A stretch of 64,000 bases of DNA, from positions 62,001 through 126,000 of the forward strand of contig QPMI01000164.1 in NCBI GenBank assembly GCA_004431415.1. The letters are read 5' to 3'. The stretch comes from Cyanophora paradoxa CCMP329. Lineage: Eukaryota; Plantae; Glaucophyta. The translations under genes and the position numbers were made by a program. This document shows, piece by piece, positions 37,004 through 48,455 of this stretch. A model generated the notes under the pieces. That model worked only from the letters and a program-made list of their open reading frames with translations. It had not been told where the DNA came from and did not search any database. Each line of letters starts with the position of its first letter. Within the stretch, counting starts at the first letter, position 1.

Positions 37004-38334
37004 CTAGACCTCCGTGTACTCGTCGGCGCCGTCGTGGGCGAGGATCGTGGACGCGATCTCGCGCCCCCGCTCCTTGTGCCGCTTCGAGGGCCCCGCCGCG
37101 GCGCCCCCGTTGCCCTGCGCCGCGTCGCCCTCGCCCAGCCCCTGTCCCGGCGCCGCCATCTTGGGGACACTGGGCGGGTCCAGCGAGCGCAGCGGGCCGC
37201 CCGAGTGCAACCGCTCTGCAAAAAGCGTCAGCTCGGCACGAGGCGAGGCGGAAGGCATAAGGCGGAGGGCGGGAGGCGGGGCGGGGCGGGCCCTGGGAGG
37301 CGTCGTAGGATGTGGAGGCGGGGAGGTGCGTGAAGGCGAGGATGTACATGTAGAGGTTGAAGAGGGTGTAGAACGCCACGAACTCCGCCGCTGCCGCACG
37401 AGCCGCGTCGTCGGAGGAGGCGGGGCGGGGCGAGCGCGCGGGGCGGGGGTGCGGACTGTTGAGGGGCATGGGCCCGAACTCGCCGAAGAGGAACCCGCCG
37501 ACGGCGGAGAGCATGACGAAGAGGGAGAGGAGGAACAGGAACTGGAAGCGCCGCGACATCGACCTGCACGCCCGCACGGCCCGGGGCGCCTCGGCGGGGG
37601 CCGGCTCGCTCGCTCGCGGGGGGGCGCACCGGATCTCCTTGAAGCCGAGGGCGGCGAGGACGAGGAGCCAGACGACGATGAGGCAGAGGACGACGATGCC
37701 GACCACGCGGAAGAACTGGGCCCGCCCCGCAGCCAATCAGCGGTGCAGGGGCGGGAGGCGGGGCGCCGGGGCGCGGCGCACGGTCTTCATCTCCTGGGAG
37801 GGGCTGTAGGCGGGGTCGGCGCGGACCTCGAGGCGCACGTAGGTGTAGACGCAGACGGCGGCGATCCAGAAGAGGCCCACGACGATGATCTTGGGCACGT
37901 AGAAGCGCTTCGCCGAGAGCTTGATGTTCGTCACGTGGTCCAGCCCCGATTGCTGCCCGGCCCCGCGTCAGGCGCGGCGGCCGGGCGGGCGGGTGGGCGG
38001 GCGGGCGAGCGGGGGCCGCACCTTGACGATGCGGTGCCAGGAGATGAGCCAGAAGAGGAGGAGGGCAGCGATGAAGAGGCTCTGCAGCATGACCGACATG
38101 AAGGACGCGAAGAAGGAGGGCGTCAGAATCGCCGCCGAGCAGAACGGGTCTGTACGCGCCGCCCTTCAGCGCCCGGCCGCCCCGCGCCGCTCCGCAGGCT
38201 GCGGCGGGGCGGGCCGGGGCGGGGCGGAGCGCACCGTTGAAGCCGACGAGGACGATGAGGAGGTAGTAGATCCACCTGGGGGCGCGGGCGCCGGTCGGCC
38301 GGCGGGTCCGGGCGGGGCGGGCGGGCGGGGGGAA

Positions 38335-38367
<33 letters not shown>

Positions 38368-39586
38368 ACTTCTGCTCGAAGGAGCGGTAGCGGGCGGGGA
38401 TCTTGCAGAAGATGACGGAGAAGGTGATGCAGACGGCGAGGGAGACGATGAGGAAGAAGGACTTGAAACCGAGCTCGAACTTGGAGAGCTTCTGGTTCAT
38501 CACGATCAGCTGCGCGCGCCGGTCGTGTGTCAGCCCGCCGCCCTCGCCGCCGCCGCTGCCGACTCCGGTGTCGCGCCCCGGGGGGCGCACGCAGAGCTCG
38601 ACGTCGCCGACCCAGTCGTAGGAGACGGTCGGCTGCGGCACGATGCCCCACGTCACGTTCAGCTGCGCCCACTTGATAAAAGGCATCTCTGCCGCGCAAA
38701 AGGAAGTCAAGCGCGGGGGGCGGACGGGGCGCGCGCGCGGGGCGCCGGCGGACCGATGATGGTGATCTCGCTGCACTTGGGCTGGTTCACGGGGCAGCTC
38801 ATCGTGCGGTACCTGTACGCCTCCGGGTCCTTTGCGCCCGTCACCGAGACCCACTCCTGGTCCGCCGCGTCGCGCCCCGCCACGAGCGCCCGGATCGGCA
38901 CGTTGATGTTGTCCAGACCTGCCGACAGGGTTCAGCGCCCCGCACGCCGAGCGACCGCGCGCTGCAGAGCGAGCCTTTGCTTTGGGAGTTCTTGTTGAAG
39001 AGCTTCGCAGTGAGGTAGACGAACTGGTGGTAGACGCTGAGCTCCGTAAGCGTGCCGCTCCACGTTTGACCGGGCACCTGCGAGACCAGACCGTCGGGGG
39101 CCCGTCCGAGCGCAGCGGCTCGATCAAAAAAGGGTGTTAATACCAAACCACGCTCACCGACATGTCAACGCCGTTGCAGGTCTGCGGATCAAATGTCGTC
39201 TTCCCTGCCGGGCAGTCGTACGCGGATATACAGTGCGTGACCATCACAGGATTGAGACCGCTGCCAGTGCCTCCTACTATGACCTGGTTGGGGACGGTTA
39301 CGAGCGCCAGCGACAGCGGGCAGGCGCTCCGATCCGGGCGTTAAGCGTGCTGGCTTGATGGGGGCCGAAGAGGGCGGAACGCACCATAATAAGGAAGATG
39401 ATAAGGAATCCGACGATCATAAAAGTGATGCTCCGTCTCGACATCGACTCGAGCTGCAGCGAGGGCGTCGGCGCCGCACGAGCGGCGGGCGCCCGGAGAG
39501 CTGGCCGCACGCCAACCGACGAGCGAGCGCGTCGCAAGACTCACCTTGATCTCCGGGTTCGTGTGCGAAGGCCCGTCGTCGTCCAT
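37004..39586 (-). CDS. TMEM181: TMEM181 (Wntless-like) membrane protein
   Basis: LQLESMSRRSITFMIVGF, ELSVYHQF, MNQKLSKFELGFKSFF, RSFEQK|WIYYLLIVLVGFN|DPF, QSLFIAALLLFWL, RFYVPKIIVVG, SAAEFVAFYTLFNLYMYILAFTHLP. Confidence 0.85.
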
Positions 39587-39907
39587 CTTTGCAGCGATAC
39601 TTTGGACGCGCAGAGCGCACTCCGGTGCTTATCTTGTCTAGCTCGGTCGAGGAAGAACGAGTTTAGTCGCTGACACTCGCTCTTGCGTCGCCTGAACCGG
39701 AGGCCTCCTCCTAGGTAGGTGGTACGTCGCTCTGACCGGTGGCCGAAAGACGCGTGCGGAATGTGCGACGGCGCTAGAAGCGCTTTCGGATTAGAGAGCT
39801 GCGCTCAGCTGCACCGCCGGACTCCGAACGCCAATTCGGTCGGTACCCCCGAAGGGCAGGCCCGGCCAGGCCGCCGCGAGGCATTGGAGGGCAGAACCGG
39901 CGCCAAG

Positions 39908-41855
39908 ATGTCGTACAGCGCGCCTGCAATGCTGGTGCGTGCGGCTCTGCGGTCGATTGGCCCGCCTCCGCGCCTCGGCGGGTCCCGATCCGAGGCCGTG
40001 TAATCCCCACAGCACGGCAATGCCGGATACTCTGTCATCCAACCGGGGATGGCGGGGCCGCCGGGGTGAGCCGCGGGATTCGACGCCCAGCGCCGCGTCG
40101 TCGAGCGCAGTATCCGACCCGCCCGGCAGGTTCGACGCCGCGCAGGCGAAGTCGCTGTACATCGGCAACCTCCACCCCAATGTCAGCGAGGCTCTGCTCT
40201 ATGACCTTTGCGCGACCTTCGGATCAGTTGAGAACGTCAAGCTGATAAAAGACAAAGCGGTCTGCACGCCCACTGCGCTAAGAAGGCGGCGACGGAGATG
40301 CAGCGTCGCTGACGTGCGCCGCGCCGCGCGAGGAAGACCGGCAACAGTTCCGGCTACGGGTTCGTGGACTTCTACGATCACACGACAGCGGGGCTCGCCC
40401 TGCAGGCGCTGAACGGGCGATACGTGTACGGATACGTGCGTTCTGCCGTCACGCGTCGCGCCGGCCGCCTCCCGCCCGCGTTCTGACCGTCGTGGCCCGC
40501 AGGACCTGAAAGTGAACTGGGCCTTCGCCGGCGGGCAGCGGGAGGACACCTCGGGTGCGTCGCCGGCCTCCCGTGCCGGGCACTGGCTCCGGGGCGGGGA
40601 AGGAACGGGCGGGGGCGGTGCAGGCCACTTCCACATCTTCGTGGGGGACCTGAGCTCGGACGTGGACGACCGGGCGCTCTTCGGCTCCTTCCAACAGTTC
40701 GGCTCCATATCGTGCGCGCCCCGCCGCCTCTCTCCGCCTGCGCGGGGCCGCCCGCTCTGAGGCGCGGGGCCGGCGGCGCAGAGACGCGCGGGTGATGTGG
40801 GACCAGGCGACAGGCCGCTCCCGGGGCTACGGCTTCGTCGCTTTCCGGCTAAAGGAGGTGCCTCGTACCCTGGCGACGACCGCGGGGCGCGGCGGCGCTG
40901 AGGCGCGCGGCAGGACGCGGAGCGGGCGATCGAGAAGATGAACGGGGAGTGGGTGGGGACGCGGCGCATCCGCGTGAACTGGGGCAACAACAAGGCGGGG
41001 GACGGGCGGCAGACGGGGGACACGCAGGACTACGCGAGCGTGGTGGCGGCGGCGCCGTCGACAAACGCGACTGTCTACGTGGGGAATCTGCCCCCCGAGG
41101 TCTCCGAGCAGAACATCCGCTCCGTCTTCTCCGGCGCGCCCGCCCGCCCGCCCGCCCGCCGCGAGACGGTTTGCTGGGCGGGGGCTGACGGGGCGGGGCG
41201 GGGCGGGGCGCAGAGAACGGGTTTAACGACATCCAGGACATCCGCATCCAGGCCGACAAGGGCTTCGCCTTCGTCAAGGCCCGCCCCGCTCCCCTCCGGC
41301 CCCGCGCTCCTTTTCCTTCCTTTCTTTCCTCTCTGAGGGGCGCGGCAGATGGGGGACCACGAGCGCGCCGCCCGCGCCATCGTCGCCATCCACGGCCGCA
41401 CCATCGCCGGCCGCTCCGCCCGCGTCCGCCCCGCCCCGCCCCGCCCCGCCTTGCCGTGCCCCCCGGCCTCTTAGTCTCTCGCCGGCGGCGCAGTGCTCGT
41501 GGGGCAAGGAGAAGCTCGGGCCGGCGACCTTCCCCAGCGGCCCGCCGCCGCCGGGCGCCTACACCACCACCGTCGCATCCCCGGGCGTCGCATCGTACCC
41601 CTCGGGGGGCTACTCGGCGCCGCCGGGGGCGTACGACGCGCAGGCGGCAGGGGCGTACGACCCGCAGACGGCCGCCGCCTACGCCGCGTACTACGCGCAG
41701 GCGCGCCCCGGCCCGCCCCGCCCGCCCCCGGCGCCCCCGCTGACCCCCGCGTGCAGTACTACCCCCAGTACGCGCAGTACGCCGCCTACTACGCGGCAGC
41801 CGGTGCGGGGGACCCCTCGCAGAGCCAGGGCCCGCCCCCGCCCCCGAGCAAGTAG
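39908..41855 (+). CDS. Triple-RRM oligouridylate-binding protein (UBP1/TIA1 family)
   Basis: [14 protein letters not shown]...GYGFVDF...LKVNWAF; [13 protein letters not shown]...[21 protein letters not shown]...RRIRVNWG; [10 protein letters not shown]...KGFAFVK...CSWGK; Tyr/Ala/Gln-rich tail; 11 introns. Confidence 0.92.
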
Positions 41856-42318
41856 ACCCCGCGGCCCGCGCCCCGCCCTCCACGTCCCGAGCCCCCCGCC
41901 GACCGCACCCTCCCGTGCCCGCCTCCCGGCGCCCGCCCGAGCCTCTCTTCCCGGTCTCTCTTCCCCGACTCGCCGAAGACCTCCCTCCCGCCCTCCCCTC
42001 CGCGCACCCTCCGCCTCCGCATCTCCACCGCGCCCGCCCCGGCCCTGCCGTAGCCGTGGCACCACCCCGCCCCTCCGCCCTACGCGCGCCCCACGTGCCG
42101 TACGCCATCCCTTGAGATCAGCATCCGATAGCGATTGTCACGGTGTCATCAAATCGATTTACTGTGCGACGTTCCATGCATTCAGCCCGCCATGCAGCCC
42201 ATGCTCCTCAGTTCCAGTGCCACACATACATGGCTGGCATCACGTCGGGGGCGATGAATTTCGAAGCGCTAGCCAAGGTCGAGGGTACAGTAGTACGCTT
42301 GATACGTGGTTATCATGA

Positions 42319-43560
42319 TCAGCAATCAACGTAATGGCTTCTCAGAGTCTGAATCTCGAAGTTCTCCGAGGCTCGGGCAAATGCATCCTTGCTACAGCCA
42401 GTGCCGCTTTGGTATATATTGGCAGAAACTTGAAACGTGAAGGAACCGATGACCCAGAATATGAGACAATTTTGGCAAAGTGAAATACTGTCAGCACCTA
42501 AAACGAGAATATCTATTTCGAATTCACGAGCTGCGAAATCTACGTGACAAGCGATTGATGGCGGGGGTCACAAGGCCTACCCCCAAACCACGGAGGTATT
42601 TGTTGTCTAAGACTTCGCCTGCAGTACAGAACGAACCTGACAAGTTGAGGAGCAATTCACCCCGATGGTCGGTGTTTGACTGCCAATAAGCGTTTCAATC
42701 TATCGGGCAAGTCCATGATGAAGTCCACGGTTCTATCAAGAGCATTGTCGAACCATCCCCAACGAGCCTAAACATAGCACGACAGCGCTGGTTGGATACT
42801 AGAAGGAGAGGAAACGAACAGGCTGGGGAGGGCCGCAAGTACCCTTTCAAGTTCGATGCCTTGCTTCATGCCTTGCTTCATGCCTTGCTTCATGCCTTGC
42901 TTCATGCCTTGCTTCATGCCTTGCTTCATGCCTTGCTCGAAGAGAGCGGCCTCGCGGGGCGTGCGGGGCTGCAGGCTTCCGGTCTTGCCTTCGTCCTAGT
43001 AACTGTGTTAATGCGAGCGCGCAATGGCGCGCAATGCAAGGACAGCTGGAAGCGCCGCGGACGACGCGGACCTGGTGCTGTGCCTTTCCAGCTGGCTTGC
43101 CAGAAAAGTTGCGGGGCGTGACTCTGCGAGGCTGCAGAAGATCTTACACTTAATTACCCGTATCCGCGATCTCCCAGGGAAGGCTCGCAAGCGCACAGAT
43201 ACCTGCCGCAGTCTGCTAGCTATAGCGCGCTGCTTGACCGGAGGTCTGTCGCCGTGGAACCACTGCTGACCTGTGATTCAAATAGCCCGCATTGGCGCAC
43301 GCGGGTGAACGTGCCAGACTTCGATGCGTTGCCGGCGGTTCCAGGGGAATCCAGGCACGTGCACCTTCACCACCTCCGCGAAGCAGAGGAGGGCGCGGAA
43401 CTTTCTCCATGAAGAAAACTCCTGATTGCAGACATTTCAGAACTAAATCGAAGCGTTTAAAGCGCTGGTCTCGCTGGAAGCTCACACCTGCTGGCCCATG
43501 GCCATCGAATATCCGATTGCAAGGAGGCGGCGAGTACAAAAAACCGCGGGCTACGTCCAT
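42319..43560 (-). CDS. Hidden multi-exon gene with QGMK tetrapeptide repeats, copy a (possibly 5'-truncated)
   Basis: Successive GT-AG introns join in frame: MDVARGFLYSPPPCNRIFDGHGPAG|VFFMEKVPRPPLLRGGGEG|QQWFHGDRPPVKQRAIASRLRQ|PRRVTPRNFSGKPAGKAQHQ|DEGKTGSLQPRTPREAALFE(QGMK)6QGIELER|ARWGWFDNALDRTVDFIMDLPDRLKRLL... GC is lower than in flanking genes. Confidence 0.55.
42856..42937. repeat. 12-bp minisatellite (ATGCCTTGCTTC) ~7 units
   Basis: Directly visible; encodes QGMK on the minus strand. Confidence 0.95.
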
Positions 43561-43845
43561 GTGCTCATATCTGCGCGCCACCTCTGCTTTCGGAAAGGCT
43601 TGCCTCTGATCATAATAACCGAAACGCACCGTATACGGAGATCCAAGGAAAGCCCGAGCGCCCTGACAGAAGGGCAGGCTAGATGAAATGTCTCGGCGCT
43701 AAAAGCGCTTTTGGTTCAGAGAGCTGCGCTCAACTGCGCATGCACCGCCGGCTGCGGACTCCGAACGCCAATTCGATCGATACCCCTCGAAGGGCAGGCC
43801 CGGCCAGGCCGCCGCGAGGCATTGGAGGGCAGAATCGGCGCCAAG

Positions 43846-44903
43846 ATGTCGTACAGCGCGCCTGCAATGCTCGTGCGTGCGGCTCTGCGGTCGCTTGGCC
43901 CGCCTCCGCGCCTCGGCGGGTCCCGATCCGAGGCCGCGTTATCGCCACAGCACGGCAATGCCGGATACTCTGTCATCCAACCGGGGATGGCGGGGCCGCC
44001 GGGGTGAGCCGCGGGATTCGACGCCCAGCGCCGCGTCGTCGAGCGCAGTATCCGACCCGCGCAGGCGAAGTCGTTGTATATGAGGAACCTCCACCCCAAT
44101 GTCAGCGAGGCTCTGCTCTATGACCTTTGCGCGACCTTCGGATCAGTTGAGAACGTCAAGCTGACAAAGCGGTCTGCACGCCCACTGCGCTAAGAAGGCG
44201 GCGATGAGATGCAGCGTCGCTGACGTGCGCCGCGCCGCGCGAGGAAGACCGGCAGCAGTTCCGGCTACGGGTTCGTGGACTTCTACGATCACACGACAGC
44301 GGGGCTCGCCCTGCAGGCGCTGAACGGGCGATACGTGTACGGATACGTGCGTTCTGCCGTCACGCGTCGCGCCGGCCGCCTCCCGCCCGCGTTCTTTTGA
44401 CCGCCGTGGCTCGCAGGACCTGAAAGTGAACTGGGCCTTCGCCGGCGGGCAGCGAGAGGACACCTCGGGTGCGTCGCAGGCCTCCCGCTCGCTCGACGGC
44501 GGGGAAGGAACGGCGGGGGCGGTGCAGGCCACTTCCACATCTTCGTGGGGGACCTGAGCTCGGGCGTGGACGACCGGGCGCTCTTCGGCTCCTTCCAACA
44601 GTTCGGCTCCATATCGTGCGCGCCCCGCCGCCTCTCTCCGCCGGCGCGGGGCCGCCCGCACTGAGGCCGCCGGGGGCGTACGACGCGCAGGCGGCGGGGG
44701 CGTACGACCCGCAGACGGCCGCCGCCTACGCCGCGTACTACGCGCAGGCGCGCTCCGGCACCGCCCCGCCCGCCCCCGGCGCCCCCGCTGACTTGCGCGC
44801 GCAGTACTACCCCCAGTACGCGCAGTACGCCGCCTACTACGCGGCGGCCGGTGCGGGGGACCCCTCGCAGAGCCAGGGCCCGCCCCCGCCCCCGAGCAAG
44901 TAG
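43846..44903 (+). pseudogene. Internally deleted, frameshifted copy of the UBP1/TIA1-like gene
   Basis: A 19-bp deletion across the intron 2 acceptor shifts the frame. There is a further 7-bp deletion at ~44164, and a ~0.86 kb deletion removes half of RRM2 and all of RRM3. Confidence 0.85.
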
Positions 44904-45353
44904 CCCCCGCGGTCCCCGCCCCGCCCTCCACGTCCCGAGCCCCCCGCTCCCGCACCCTCCCGTGCCCGCCTCCCGGCGCCCGCCCGAGCCTCTCTCCCCG
45001 GTCTCTCTTCCCCGACTCGCCGAAGACCTCCCTCCCGCCCTCCCCGCCGCGCACCCTCCGCCTCCGCATCTCCACTGCGCCCGCCCGGCCGTGGCACCAC
45101 CCCGCCCCTCCGCCCTACGCGCGCCCCACGTGCCGTACGCCATCCCTTGAGATCAGCATCCGATAGCGATTGTCACGGTGTCATCAAATCGATTTACTGT
45201 GCGACGTTCCATGCATTCAGCCCGCCATGCAGCCCATGCTCCTCAGTTCCAGTGCCACACATACATGGCTGGCATCACGTCGGGGGCGATGAATTTCGAA
45301 GCGCTAGCCAAGGTCGAGGGTACAGTAGTACGCTTGATACGTGGTTATCATGA

Positions 45354-46583
45354 TCAGCAATCAACGTAATGGCTTCTCAGAGTCTGAATCTCGAAGTTCT
45401 CCGAGGCTCGGGCAAATGCATCCTTGCTACAGCCAGTGCCGCTTTGGTATATATTGGCAGAAACTTGAAACGTGAAGGAACCGATGACCCAGAATATGAG
45501 ACAATTTTGGCAAAGTGAAATACTGTCAGCACCTAAAATGAGAATATCTATTTCGAATTCACGAGCTGCGAAATCTACGTGACAAGCGATTGATGGCGGG
45601 GGTCACAAGGCCTACCCCCAAACCACGGAGGTATTTGTTGTCTAAGACTTCGCCTGCAGTACAGAACGAACCTGACAAGTTGAGGAGCAATTCACCCCGA
45701 TGGTCGGTGTTTGACTGCCAATAAGCGTTTCAATCTATCGGGCAAGTCCATGATGAAGTCCACGGTTCTATCAAGAGCATTGTCGAACCATCCGGATCCC
45801 CAACGTGCCTATACATAGCACGACAGCGCTGGTTGGAAACTAGAAGAAGAGGAAACGAACAGGCTGGGGAGGGCCGCAAGTACCCTTTCAAGTTCGATGC
45901 CTTGCTTCATGCCTTGCTTCATGCCTTGCTTCATGCCTTGCTTCATGCCTTGCTTCATGCCTTGCTCGAAGAGAGCGGCCTCGCGGGGTGTGCGGGGCTG
46001 CAGGCTTCCGGTCTTGCCTTCGTCCTAGTAACTGTGTTAATGCGAGCGCGCAATGGCGCGCAATGCAAGGACAGCTGGAAGCGCCGCGGACGACGCGGAT
46101 CCGGACCTGGTGCTGTGCCTTTCCAGCTGGCTTGCCAGAAAAGTTGCGGGGCGTGACTCTGCGAGGCTGCAGAAGATCTTACACTTAATTACCCGTATCC
46201 GCGATCTCCCAGGGAAGGCTCGCAAGCGCACAGATACCTGCCGCAGTCTGCTAGCGCGCTGCTTGACCGGAGGTCTGTCGCCGTGGAACCACTGCTGACC
46301 TGTGATTCAAATAGCCCGCATTGGCGCACGCGGGTGAACGTGCCAGACTTCGATGCGTTGCCGGCGGTTCCAGGGGAATCCAGGCACGTGCACCTTCACC
46401 ACCTCCGCGAAGCAGAGGAGGGCGCGGAACTTTCTCCATGAAGAAAACTCCTGATTGCAGACATTTCAGAACTAAATCGAAGCGTTTAAAGCGCTGGTCT
46501 CGCTGGAAGCTCACACCTGCTGGCCCATCGAATATCCGATTGCAAGGAGGCGGCGAGTACAAAAAACCGCGGGCTACGTCCAT
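45354..46583 (-). CDS. QGMK-repeat gene, copy b
   Basis: Near-identical to 42319-43560. The exonic indels seen are 6 or 12 bp (frame-preserving); five QGMK units. Confidence 0.5.
45897..45966. repeat. 12-bp minisatellite (ATGCCTTGCTTC) ~6 units
   Basis: One unit shorter than the copy at 42856. Confidence 0.95.
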
Positions 46584-46868
46584 GTGCTCATATCTGCGCG
46601 CCACCTCTGCTTTCGGAAAGGCTTGCCTCTGATCATAATAACCGAAACGCACCGTATACGGAGATCCAAGGAAAGCCCGAGCGCCCTGACAGAAGGGCAG
46701 GCTAGATGAAATGTCTCGGCGCTAAAAGCGCTTTTGGTTCAGAGAGCTGCGCTCAACTGCGCATGCACCGCCGGCTGCGGACTCCGAACGCCAATTCGAT
46801 CGATACCCCTCGAAGGGCAGGCCCGGCCAGGCCGCCGCGAGGCATTGGAGGGCAGAATCGGCGCCAAG

Positions 46869-47927
46869 ATGTCGTACAGCGCGCCTGCAATGCTCGTGCG
46901 TGCGGCTCTGCGGTCGCTTGGCCCGCCTCCGCGCCTCGGCGGGTCCCGATCCGAGGCCGCGTTATCGCCACAGCACGGCAATGCCGGATACTCTGTCATC
47001 CAACCGGGGATGGCGGGGCCGCCGGGGTGAGCCGCGGGATTCGACGCCCAGCGCCGCGTCGTCGAGCGCAGTATCCGACCCGCGCAGGCGAAGTCGTTGT
47101 ATATGAGGAACCTCCACCCCAATGTCAGCGAGGCTCTGCTCTATGACCTTTGCGCGACCTTCGGATCAGTTGAGAACGTCAAGCTGATAAAAGACAAAGC
47201 GGTCTGCACGCCCACTGCGCTAAGAAGGCGGCGATGAGATGCAGCGTCGCTGACGTGCGCCGCGCCGCGCGAGGAAGACCGGCAGCAGTTCCGGCTACGG
47301 GTTCGTGGACTTCTACGATCACACGACAGCGGGGCTCGCCCTGCAGGCGCTGAACGGGCGATACGTGTACGGATACGTGCGTTCTGCCGTCACGCGTCGC
47401 GCCGGCCGCCTCCCGCCCGCGTTCTTTTGACCGCCGTGGCTCGCAGGACCTGAAAGTGAACTGGGCCTTCGCCGGCGGGCAGCGAGAGGACACCTCGGGT
47501 GCGTCGCAGGCCTCCCGCTCGCTCGACGGCGGGGAAGGAACGGGCGGGGGCGGTGCAGGCCACTTCCACATCTTCGTGGGGGACCTGAGCTCGGGCGTGG
47601 ACGACCGGGCGCTCTTCGGCTCCTTCCAACAGTTCGGCTCCATATCGTGCGCGCCCCGCCGCCTCTCTCCGCCGGCGCGGGGCCGCCCGCACTGAGGCCG
47701 CCGGGGGCGTACGACGCGCAGGCGGCAGGGGCGTACGACCCGCAGACGGCCGCCGCCTACGCCGCGTACTACGCGCAGGCGCGCCCCGGCCCGCCCCGCC
47801 CGCCCCGGCGCCCCCGCTGACCCCGCGTGCAGTACTACCCCAGTACGCGCAGTACGCCGCCTACTACGCGGCAGCCGGTGCGGGGGACCCTCGCAGAGCC
47901 AGGGCCCGCCCCGCCCCGAGCAAGTAG
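46869..47927 (+). pseudogene. Second internally deleted copy of the UBP1/TIA1-like gene
   Basis: Same 19-bp and ~0.86 kb deletions as 43846-44903, plus additional 1-2 nt losses in the last exon. Confidence 0.85.
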
Positions 47928-48455
47928 ACCCCGCGGCCCGCGCCCCGCCCTCCACGTCCCGAGCCCCCCGCCGACCGCACCCTCCCGTGCCCGCCTCCCG
48001 GCGCCCGCCCGAGCCTCTCTCCACGGTCTCTCTTCCCCGACTCGCCGAAGACCTCCCTCCCGCCCTCCCCGCCGCGCACCCTCCGCCTCCGCATCTCCAC
48101 CGCGCCTGCCCGGCCGTGGCACCACCCCGACCCTCCGCCCTACGCGCGCCCCACGCCACCACGCGCCGTACTCCAGCCCTTGAGAGACAGCATCCGATAG
48201 CGATTGTCACAATGCCATCATATCAACTTGCAGTGCGACGTTCCGTGCATTCACCAGCCCGCCGGGCCGCCATGCTCCTCAGTGTCACGCGTCCGTACAC
48301 GGGGCCTCGAGGGCGCGGCATCACGTCGGGGGGGATGAAGCCGAGGCCGGGGGTACGTTGGAGGCGTGTTACCAGCAATCAACTTTAACTTTAAAGCTTC
48401 CGAAGTTCTCGGCTAGGCCCAGCCTCGTACGTCGCGTCGGCACTCTAGCACCACG

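Larger units (their letters stand above)
42110..48170. repeat. Recent ~3.0 kb direct tandem duplication (QGMK gene + UBP1 pseudogene)
   Basis: Identical ORFs are offset by 3023 bp (43683 vs 46706) and by 3035 bp (42143 vs 45178). Confidence 0.92.

Noticed and set aside
38335-38366. G32 homopolymer
   Set aside because: Intronic poly-C arm of a TMEM181 intron; an extreme of the common intron style, and its length is unreliable.
42856-42937. Possible CRISPR array
   Set aside because: Contiguous 12-bp units with no spacers; eukaryotic context; no cas genes.
42792-43121. Plus-strand ORF with ALLH repeats (also 45833-46156)
   Set aside because: It is the antisense of the QGMK exon; the splice signals are on the minus strand.
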